From NCBI GenBank assembly GCA_029261055.1, contig JAJDCA010000003.1:3641-67640 (forward strand): a stretch of DNA of 64,000 nt, given 5' to 3'. A model generated the notes under the pieces. The model was given only the letters and a program-made list of their open reading frames with translations, was not told the DNA's origin and did no database searches. Below are positions 37,961-47,000 of the stretch, in pieces. How positions within the stretch are numbered: the first letter of the stretch is position 1; every line of letters starts with the position of its first letter. A program made the position numbers and the translations under genes. Source of the DNA: Candidatus Omnitrophota bacterium (GTDB lineage Bacteria > Omnitrophota > Gorgyraeia > Zapsychrales > Zapsychraceae).

Positions 37961-39061
37961 TTATTTCGAAACCGTTAATCCGTCTTTGGTAATGACGACA
38001 CGTTTGGCGCGGCGGTCGCGGCGGCCTAGGGAACCGATGAGTTTGCCGTTGAGTTCGAATTCTAGCTGGTTGATGTTTTTACCGGAGATTTCAATTTTTT
38101 CATTAGCCATCCAGGTTTCGACAGTGCCGAGACGTAGAGTCGATTGGAATACGGTTTGACCATCGGTTTTGACGCGTAACCAGCTGTTTTTCTTGGCGCG
38201 GACTGTTAAGGTTACATTTTTCGCCACCTTAGGTGTCTCGGGTGTAATACTGGTCGCCTGTTGGGCTGGTTTAGTTACTGCTGGCGTTGACGTTCGTGTA
38301 ACAGGCTTTACTGGAGATATTTTTTGTGGAATGACTTTTGGTTTGGGGGGGAGTTTTTTTTGTGTTTTTTGTACGGGCGTAGTTTTTTTAACTTTTACAG
38401 CGGGTACTTTTTTTTGTGTTTTTGATATAGGTTTAATTTTATTAGAAATAGATTTCTTGGTTTTTGAAATGGGGGATCGTGTTACTGGTGTACGACTGGA
38501 GGTATTAATTTTAGTTTGTTTGATTCTTTGGTTATCCTCTGAGCGATTAGGTATTAAAAAGGCAATAATTTTAATGCTTAAGAATAAGATGATGATTGCG
38601 CTAATCGCAATAACGGCGCGTTGTTTGTTGCGCCGGGTTAATAGTGGTGAAAGGAAGTCAGAAATACGATTTGTTAATTCCAGTTCTTCAAAGGTTTTAC
38701 TTGTTTCAGTGTCAGTTTTAGGCAGAGTTTCTTGTTTTTCAGTATCAACGACTTCAGAGATATCAATATTTAAATAAGTGGCGTAAATTTTAAGAAAGCC
38801 TTTGTAATAGAATGGTGACATGGTTCGGATGGTGTATCCTTCTTCAATGGCACGCAGGGCATCCATCGGAATTTTTGTAATTTCGTGGACGAGTTCCAAG
38901 GATAGACCTTGGCTTTCTCTTGCTTTTTTTAAAATGGAACCTTTGGATGTGCCTGGTGGCTCATTAGGTTTGGATGTTGGTGTATTAGGCATGGCATGAG
39001 AAGCATCAGCTTGCGGTGCTTCGGTAATGTTTTGAGGTTCAAATAAATTAGGTTCGTTCAT
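37961..39061 (-). CDS. rodZ: RodZ-family protein (HTH - TM - DUF4115)
   Basis: G..LKKARE..GLS.E....TKI...L.AIE.G...Y.KGFLKIYA.YL, TM helix, SWLRV..DG. Confidence 0.85.
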   Translation of the reverse strand: MNEPNLFEPQNITEAPQADASHAMPNTPTSKPNEPPGTSKGSILKKARESQGLSLELVHEITKIPMDALRAIEEGYTIRTMSPFYYKGFLKIYATYLNIDISEVVDTEKQETLPKTDTETSKTFEELELTNRISDFLSPLLTRRNKQRAVIAISAIIILFLSIKIIAFLIPNRSEDNQRIKQTKINTSSRTPVTRSPISKTKKSISNKIKPISKTQKKVPAVKVKKTTPVQKTQKKLPPKPKVIPQKISPVKPVTRTSTPAVTKPAQQATSITPETPKVAKNVTLTVRAKKNSWLRVKTDGQTVFQSTLRLGTVETWMANEKIEISGKNINQLEFELNGKLIGSLGRRDRRAKRVVITKDGLTVSK

Positions 39062-41312
39062 CTTCTTCCTGCATATTATCTAATAACCATTGCTCGCGGT
39101 CAACGAGAATTTCTCGTGGCTTGCTTCCTGCGTAAGGTCCGACAATTCCAGTCTGTTCCATCATATCAATGAGGCGTGCGGCACGCGTGTACCCTAGCCG
39201 CATACGGCGTTGTAAAATAGATACAGACGCCTGGTTTGTTTCAATGACGAGACGTACAGCTTCATCATAATATTCATCTTGTTGGTCGGAACCTTTACCT
39301 CTTCCTCCGGTTTGATGTTTGACGATCGTGTCGTCATAAGAAGGGGCTTGTTGGTCTTTGATAAATTGAATGACTTTATTGATTTCGTCATCTTTTACAA
39401 AATTACCTTGGCCTCGAGAAGGTTTTGCGTCGCCCGGTTGGATAAATAACATATCCCCTCTTCCCAAGAGGTTTTCAGCGCCATTGCAATCCAAGACAGT
39501 ACGCGAATCTGTTTTTGAGGCGACTTTAAATGAAATACGCGCAGGAAAATTCGCTTTGATGACACCCGTAATAACATCTACGGAAGGTCTTTGGGTTGCC
39601 AAAATAAGGTGAATACCTACAGCCCGCGACAATTGGGCAAGGCGGCAGATTGAACCCTCAACGGCTTTAGCTGAAACTTGCATCAAATCTGCTAACTCAT
39701 CAATGATGACGACAATGTATGGCATCTTGTTGTCATCTTTTTCATTGTAGCCTTGAATATTTCTTACGCCGGCTTTAGCTAATTTTTTGTACCGCGCCTC
39801 CATTTCTCCGACAACCCAGTTAAGAGCGGCGGCTGCTTTTTTGGGATCAGTGATGGTGGGAGACAATAAATGGGGAATATCATTATATTGGGCCAGTTCA
39901 ACCATTTTTGGATCGACCATAACAAACTTAACCTCATCTGGGGAGGCATTTAAAAGTATGGACATGATAATCCCATTAACACAAACAGTTTTGCCTGAAC
40001 CTGTTGTTCCTGCAATTAAGAGATGTGGCATACCAGCCAAATCGGCGACCATAGCTTTTCCGGAAATATCTTTTCCAAGAGATAACGTCAGCTTTGATTT
40101 GGCAGTACGAAATTCATCACTTATCAGAACGTCCTTAAGATAAACGGAAGCGGTGCTAGCATTAGGTACTTCGATACCAATTCTATTTTTTCCAGGGATG
40201 GGGGCAACAATCCTGATGGATGTCGCTTTCATAGCCAGGGCAATGTCGTCAGACAATGTAGTAAATTTTTGAACCTTAACTCCAGGAGCGGGCTCTAATT
40301 CGTAGCGTGTAATAGCCGGCCCACGTTCAATATCAACGACACGTGCGTTGACTGTAAAATTTGCCAAAGTTTCTTCTAATATTTTTGCGCCACTTACAAG
40401 GGAGCTCTCAATTTTACTTTTTGGAATTTCTGGGGGTGATTCTAATAAGTCCAAAGACGGAATCGTATACTCGCCAACAATTTCAGGTGTAGAATCAGAG
40501 GTTGATGATTTTTTTCCTTTTGGTGTTTGGGCTATATGTATTTTAGGTTTTGTAGGTTTTCTGGTTTTTGATCGTGGCTCTTCTTCCTCTTCCTCCTCTT
40601 CTTCATATTCGTATTCTTCCTCTTCTTCATATTCTTCTTCGTCTTCTTCGGATGTTTTTTTCTTTTTTAGCCAATCAAAAAGTTTAGCCTTATTTTTAGC
40701 TTTTTGGGTAATGGGTTTTTTAGGTGGCGTTTTTTGAGGTTTTTTGTTTGGCGTTTGGAACTTTTCTTTAAATATTTCAGGAAGGGATTGAATTGATTCT
40801 ATGAATTTTAAAAAGAAAGGGCTTAGGAGAACTTCGCCTGTGAGAATCAAAGCAAGGATACCCAATGTTGACAGAATAATGTAAGAACCTAGCGGTCCGA
40901 TGTTTTTGACGAGATAGTCACTTGTGATAATGCCAATGATACCTGCTCTTTGGAAACGTACGACAGTTTCTTGAGGGCCAGTCATGCTTAATAAAGAACT
41001 GATGACACAAAATAAAACCAGGGCACTGATACATTTTGGTATAGAAAAATGTAATTCATGTGAGGTGAATTTTTTCCAGCTCCAAAAGAAAAGAAAAAAC
41101 ACAATAGCGTATGCACTATAACCGATCATAAAAAATAAAGAACCAGATAGGTAAGCGCCGGTTATACGAATCAAATTTTGAGCAGGAATGTTGGGTTGTG
41201 AGGTGTACCAGGGTAAGTCGTTGGGTGTAAATGAAATGAGGCTGGCCAACAGAATCATGCCGAAGGCCATGATAATTACAGCTTTAATTTCATTGAGGTG
41301 TTCTTCTGTCAT
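39048..41312 (-). CDS. ftsK: DNA translocase FtsK
   Basis: 4TM N-terminus, PHLLIAGTTGSGKT, IDELADLM, ATQRPS, gamma domain. Confidence 0.96.
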   Translation of the reverse strand: MTEEHLNEIKAVIIMAFGMILLASLISFTPNDLPWYTSQPNIPAQNLIRITGAYLSGSLFFMIGYSAYAIVFFLFFWSWKKFTSHELHFSIPKCISALVLFCVISSLLSMTGPQETVVRFQRAGIIGIITSDYLVKNIGPLGSYIILSTLGILALILTGEVLLSPFFLKFIESIQSLPEIFKEKFQTPNKKPQKTPPKKPITQKAKNKAKLFDWLKKKKTSEEDEEEYEEEEEYEYEEEEEEEEEPRSKTRKPTKPKIHIAQTPKGKKSSTSDSTPEIVGEYTIPSLDLLESPPEIPKSKIESSLVSGAKILEETLANFTVNARVVDIERGPAITRYELEPAPGVKVQKFTTLSDDIALAMKATSIRIVAPIPGKNRIGIEVPNASTASVYLKDVLISDEFRTAKSKLTLSLGKDISGKAMVADLAGMPHLLIAGTTGSGKTVCVNGIIMSILLNASPDEVKFVMVDPKMVELAQYNDIPHLLSPTITDPKKAAAALNWVVGEMEARYKKLAKAGVRNIQGYNEKDDNKMPYIVVIIDELADLMQVSAKAVEGSICRLAQLSRAVGIHLILATQRPSVDVITGVIKANFPARISFKVASKTDSRTVLDCNGAENLLGRGDMLFIQPGDAKPSRGQGNFVKDDEINKVIQFIKDQQAPSYDDTIVKHQTGGRGKGSDQQDEYYDEAVRLVIETNQASVSILQRRMRLGYTRAARLIDMMEQTGIVGPYAGSKPREILVDREQWLLDNMQEEDERT

Positions 41313-41317
41313 TATTT

Positions 41318-41390
41318 TCAGCCTTCAGTCGTCAGACATCAGTCATCAGAATTCTTGGTGCTGACGACTGAAGGCTGATGTCTGACGACT
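41318..41390. repeat. inverted array of 7-nt repeats (TCAGnnn x5 / CTGAnnn x4-5)
   Basis: TCAGCCTTCAGTCGTCAG (41318-35) pairs with 41361-78; an alternative pairing is 41327-42 with 41375-90. Confidence 0.75.
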
Positions 41391-41393
41391 AAT

Positions 41394-43514
41394 TTATTTT
41401 TCAGCTAATTCTGCTTCAGCTTTTTTCTTGCTGAGATTCATTCGGTTCATTTTATCAATTTCAACCAACTTAACTTTGAATTTGTCCCCAGGGTTACAAA
41501 TTGTTGTTGGGTCTTTGACATATTCATCGGATAATTCTGACACGTGAACCAATCCCTGTTTGCCAGGTAAGAATTCACAAAAAGCACCAAAATTCATGAC
41601 TTTGACAACCGTGGCATCATATATTTTGCCAATTTCCGGAGCTTGTGAAAATCCATTGATATAATCTAATGCTTTTTGGCTGGCTTCTCTACTCATTGAA
41701 GCAATAAGAACTGTGCCTTCATCATTAACATCAATAGATTCAACACCTGTCTCTTCAATGATTTTTTTAATCATTTTACCGCCAGGCCCAATAAGTTCAC
41801 CAATTTTTTCTGGTGGTATACTGGTAGAAGCGATGCGTGGTGCGAATTCAGAGGTATCAGCTTTTGGTTTATCAATACAAGATTCCATATTTTCTAAAAT
41901 GACATCTCTAGCTTCTTTTGCTTGGGTAATACCTTTTTCTAGGATATCAAGCGAAGCACCTTTGATTTTAAGATCTAATTGAATCGCGGTTAAACCATTT
42001 TTGGTTCCGGCAATTTTATAGTCCATATCACCAAAATGATCTTCTAATCCCATGATGTCAGTTAAGAGTCTGTAGTCACCATCTTCTTTGGTAACGAGCC
42101 CAATAGAAATTCCGGCCACAGGATTTTTAATCGGTACACCAGCATCCATTAAACTGAGACTTCCGGCACAAACACTAGCCATACTGGAGGATCCATTAGA
42201 TTCTAGAATTTCGGAAACAATACGAACTGTATAAGGAAAGTCATCTTTTTCCGGTAAAACTGCTTTAAGGGCCTTGGCAGCTAATGCACCGTGACCAATT
42301 TCACGTCGACCTGGTCCACGACTTCCGCGGGCTTCACCAACACTAAAAGCGGGGAAATTATAATGTAACATAAAGTTGTTATAGGCAAGACCTTCTAAGG
42401 ATTCGATCATCTGTTCATCACGTTTTGTTCCCAAGGTTATTGTTGCCAAACTTTGGGTTTGTCCACGTGTAAAAATGCTTGAACCGTGGGTGCGCGGGAG
42501 GATATTGATTTCAGAAGCAAGCGCGCGAAGTTCTTTAGCCCCACGTCCATCTGCTCGCTTGTCATCATTAAAAATGGAGTTGCGAACGATTTCATATTGG
42601 AGCTCTTCTAGTATCGCGTTAATATCACCTTTGGAAACTTCACGATTGTCGACTTTTAATGCATCGAAAACAGACATATCTGAAAAGATTTTTGTGTGAA
42701 GTGCACTGAGGGCATTTTCACGTTCCGCTTTGTCTGCGATTTTATAGGCATCTGCCATGCCAGTACCAACGAGTTCTGTTACTTTAGATTTTAAATCAGG
42801 GTGAGCATTAATAAGAGCAACTTCAATTTTTTCTTTACCAATTTGTTTTTGAAGTTCTAATTGAACTTCACGACTTGGCTGAAGTTGTTCGGTTGCAAAT
42901 TTTAAAGCGGCAACCATTTTCTCTTCTGGAACTTCATTCGACTCGCCTTCAATCATAACAATACCATCTTCAAGTCCGACGACCATCAAGTCCATAGCGC
43001 TTTGTTCTCGTTGTTCATAGGTTGGGTTAATGACAAATTCATCATCAATCATGCCCACACGCACAGCCCCGCAGGGTCCTTCAAAAGGAATGTCAGAAAT
43101 TGTTAAAGCCGCTGAAGCGCCGATGAGCGCCAGAATATCCGGGTCATTTTCGCCATCACTACTTAAAACAGTACATGTCACTACGACATCGTTATACATA
43201 CCTTTAGGAAAAAGCGGTCTGATAGGACGGTCAATCAGGCGGCACGTCAAGATTTCTTTTTGGGTAGGACGTCCTTCACGTTTAAAAAATCCTCCGGGAA
43301 TGCGACCGGCCGCATATGTTTTTTCTTGATATTCCACCATCAATGGAAAGAAATCAATGCCTTCTCTGGCTTTCTTTGACATACAAGCAGCAACCAAAAT
43401 GACGGTTCCACCATAAGTGATCATAACCGAGGCATTCGCCTGTTTAGCTATTTTGCCACTTTCAATAATAATATTTTTGTTACCAAATGGTATTTCAACA
43501 CGACCTAAACTCAT
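41394..43514 (-). CDS. pnp: polyribonucleotide nucleotidyltransferase
   Basis: FFPL.VEYQEK.YAAG.IPGGFFKREGRP, RREIGHG, ESNGSSSMAS, KH and S1 domains. Confidence 0.97.
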   Translation of the reverse strand: MSLGRVEIPFGNKNIIIESGKIAKQANASVMITYGGTVILVAACMSKKAREGIDFFPLMVEYQEKTYAAGRIPGGFFKREGRPTQKEILTCRLIDRPIRPLFPKGMYNDVVVTCTVLSSDGENDPDILALIGASAALTISDIPFEGPCGAVRVGMIDDEFVINPTYEQREQSAMDLMVVGLEDGIVMIEGESNEVPEEKMVAALKFATEQLQPSREVQLELQKQIGKEKIEVALINAHPDLKSKVTELVGTGMADAYKIADKAERENALSALHTKIFSDMSVFDALKVDNREVSKGDINAILEELQYEIVRNSIFNDDKRADGRGAKELRALASEINILPRTHGSSIFTRGQTQSLATITLGTKRDEQMIESLEGLAYNNFMLHYNFPAFSVGEARGSRGPGRREIGHGALAAKALKAVLPEKDDFPYTVRIVSEILESNGSSSMASVCAGSLSLMDAGVPIKNPVAGISIGLVTKEDGDYRLLTDIMGLEDHFGDMDYKIAGTKNGLTAIQLDLKIKGASLDILEKGITQAKEARDVILENMESCIDKPKADTSEFAPRIASTSIPPEKIGELIGPGGKMIKKIIEETGVESIDVNDEGTVLIASMSREASQKALDYINGFSQAPEIGKIYDATVVKVMNFGAFCEFLPGKQGLVHVSELSDEYVKDPTTICNPGDKFKVKLVEIDKMNRMNLSKKKAEAELAEK

Positions 43515-43557
43515 AATTTTTCTCCAATTATTAATTAATGACTAACACATATTAGGG

Positions 43558-43626
43558 TAAGGAAACCTTGTATCAGTTTGAGATACTAGCACATACAGAT
43601 ACGCAATGGCCCTCTTTGTTTCCTTA
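43558..43626. other. long stem-loop in the rpsO-pnp intergenic region
   Basis: TAAGGAAAC (43558-66) / GTTTCCTTA (43618-26) enclose further hairpins. Confidence 0.45.
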
Positions 43627-43643
43627 ACCATCAATCGAAAAGA

Positions 43644-43913
43644 TTACTTACGTAATCCTAATTTCGAAATTGTTTCTTGATATTTTTGAGGGTCTTGCTT
43701 TTTGAGATAAGCTAAAAGACGGCGTCTTTTTCCAATCATCATCAAAAGACCTCGTCTTGAATGAAAATCTTTTTTGTGGGACTTGAAATGATCGTTGAGA
43801 TAATTGATCTTTTCCGACAGAAGTGCAATTTGTACTGTGGGGGATCCTGTATCTTTGGCATGAACCTTAAAATCGTCAATAATCGCTGTTTTTTTTTCTT
43901 TAATTAAAACCAA
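43644..43913 (-). CDS. rpsO: 30S ribosomal protein S15
   Basis: [31 protein letters not shown] start with SD GGAGG. Confidence 0.97.
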   Translation of the reverse strand: MVLIKEKKTAIIDDFKVHAKDTGSPTVQIALLSEKINYLNDHFKSHKKDFHSRRGLLMMIGKRRRLLAYLKKQDPQKYQETISKLGLRK

Positions 43914-44040
43914 TGTTTTTTCCTCCGTTTCGAGTTTATTTATTTTCTTCTCTATTTTAGTGGGCTATTCTACTATCCACATGAGGATTAGTCAAAGGGT
44001 TTTCTGGGTAAAGAATTTTTTGGAAATATAAACAATTTGT

Positions 44041-47000
44041 CTATCCAATATGGGGTGACGCATCAATCTCTTTGCGACAAAATTTCTGTCGATAGCGATC
44101 CAACCAGCTTACATCACCTTGCGTCGGTGACCCAAAAAGTCCGGGCGCCGTACGGCTAAAATCACTATCCATATCAGACTCCGACAGGCCCAAAAGCGGG
44201 AGCATACTGGGGATGCGGATCACGTTAAGAATCACCGGTACCACCCCATCAACGCGCATAGCCGCATCCGGCTGCTGCGCAAACGGCAGAACAATTCCAT
44301 TACCATCACGCTTCACCTCAAACTTCAACATCGCCGGATCCAGGTTAATACCCCCTGTTTTATTGGGCTGGGATACCTTAACCCTATTTTCCAGCATAGC
44401 ATTATCAGCGAGGTTTTGGAGGAGACTAATAATGTTTGATTCTTTTAGCAATGGTGAATCCTTAGAATACGTTATTTGTTGTTCATTCAAGATATTTTTT
44501 AATTTTTGATTTTGATTATTAAAATCAAAATTTAAATTAAGGTCTTTCTGAGCTTGATCAAGAATTTTTTGTCCGTAGGCCTTTTTTGCCAGGCGTACAC
44601 TCCTTTGAACAGATTTTATCATGTCTACAATATCGCCTTTATTAGCTTCCGCATTTTTTATAACGAGGTCCATAAACATCTGTTTGGATGCAAAAATCTC
44701 CAAACGTTCTTCACTAAATTTATTTTTATGTAATTCAATAAAAATATTAAGATATGATTTGAGATTGGGAAGTTCTTTCTTTAGTTCTATAAGATTATTG
44801 GTTTCAGATACCTCCACTTGTTCAATGTTTTTAAATGTTAGAAGAAATCCATCTTCCGGTATCTTTTTGTTCATTGCATCAACGATCGATGAAACGTGGT
44901 TTGTAATGTCGCTAGACATGGAATTGTCTACGCCCTTCATTATAATTTGATTATTAAATACATCTGCCGCTTCCCTTACATCCGTATGCTTCGCAATTCT
45001 ATTAATATCGTTATTAATGATAGGAATTTGGAAAAGTATTTCTCTTTTAAACGCATCTTCATTTTTTCGAAAGTCCCCTTTATAAGTACCCTTCCGTAGT
45101 TCATCTTGCTTAATTTTGTTTTCAGGGCCAATTACAGTTTCCTCCACAATCTTAAAATGGGTATGTCCTTCCTCTGGAAAAAACTGGGCGGATACTCTAA
45201 AGTACAAATCTTTTGTTTTTTGATTTTCTGGATTCTTTCTTGAATATATTATCATAAGTTCTTTCTCTACATCATTAGACTGAAAATTTGTATCCGACTC
45301 CTGCGTTATTATGACCTTAGTCAACGTTGCTACACCAGGAAGGGCGTTGCTGCCGCCTTCTAATAATTTCAGAAAAGAACCTCCACCTGTTGAAATAAAT
45401 TTTATTCCTTTAATTTCAAACTGGTTAATCGCTGTAACAGAGTCACCTCCCCCGGTTACGGTTAGGTTGTCCGCTAAGGCAAGGCTCTTTCCTACATCCT
45501 TTGTCCCGTTTTGAGCGAATGAAAGGACATCAAATGCACCCATAGGGCCATTCCAAAAAATAGATTGTTCTGGATTTTCTTCCGATATTTTTTGAATTTC
45601 AGATGTAAATAATTGAACCGTTTTCGGGCCGATATCCACCATCATCCAACCATCCTCAACCCCTTCTCTTATATCTGTTATAATTCTATTATTTGCTCCT
45701 TCCTCAAATTTATCTGCCACAACCCCATCTATCGGTAAAATAATTTTATCGGAGTATTTTCTAAATAATTCTTTAGCTAATTCAACATCTTTATCTTGTG
45801 CCAGCGAAGCGCCCATGTCAATTTTTTGGGCCTTTAAAAACGCATTAGCCATAGCGCCGCCTATTAAAAGTTTTTTTAAATTAGGGTTTTTTAATAATGT
45901 TTCTAGCATGATGATTTTATCTGAAACTTTACTACCCCCCACCACAGCCAGACCAGTGTTCGTTCGGACTTTTTCAGCCATTTTTAATTCTTTATCTAAA
46001 AGAAGTCCGGATACTCTGATGGGCACAATACCTTCAGCACCTGTTACCGAGGCATGATTACGATGCGCGGCCCCAAACGCATCGTTAATAAACACATCGA
46101 CACCTTTGTATAATTTTTGTGAAAATTGACTGTGTGTTTCACGGGCTTTTTCAACATTTTCTTTCGCTATCTGGATCACATGGGGGTCACTACTTTTTTT
46201 TGCAGCTTTAAGGACATCTTCAGCCTCGGATAAAATTGTCTCCGCTTTATTAAAACGAACATTTTCAAGGACAATGATAGAGTTTTTGAACGCTTTTTCA
46301 TCAACGCCCGGTCTTTGCATATAAGCTTCAACATCCGCCATTGTTTTAAAGATAGGGTTATAATAAATACGGCCCAAGCCATCGTCCCATAATTTTTCAG
46401 CTATATTTTTAACGACTTTTTTAAGAGAAAGGGTCGGGTCTTCCTGTCCTTCCGGCCGACCCATATGAGCCGTAATAATTATCATCTCCGGGGACTTATC
46501 CATGAGATATTTAATTGTTGGAATGGATTCTGCAATACGCGTATCATCCGTTATTTCCCCCGTTTTTTCATCAATTGGAACATTCAACTCCAACCGCATG
46601 GCCACCCGTTTGTCCTTTAACTCTTCGTCAGATAAATCTTTGAGGTTTTTTGTCGAAGCCATAGCATTATCCCTTAGGTTTACTGTGTCACCAGCTAATA
46701 ATCGTCGCACATCATCGGCAACGGCTCTGTTGTCTGATGCCGCATCTCCTCCTCTGATATGTTGCAACAAATAGTATTCAACGCCTTTATTTTTGGAGGT
46801 ACCCAAGGAATATGTTATGAGTCCCTCATGGGTGGTTACTTGTTTGGCATTTTCAGGAATATTGTTAAATAATTCTTTATCATTTTTAGCTAAGTCAAGG
46901 TTAACAAATGGTTCAAAAATATGGTTTAACACTAATTTGGAGGTTTTGACAATGGATGGATTTGATTTATTTGATTCGATTGTTGTCAAAAGATCGTGCA

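Noticed and set aside
40578-40650. TCT/TCC-rich repeat tract
   Set aside because: It simply encodes the poly-Glu linker of FtsK.
41318-41390. CRISPR array
   Set aside because: 7-nt units in inverted orientation, with no spacers and no cas genes.
38169-43329. Long plus-strand ORFs (202, 129, 118, 99 aa)
   Set aside because: Antisense shadows of rodZ, ftsK and pnp.
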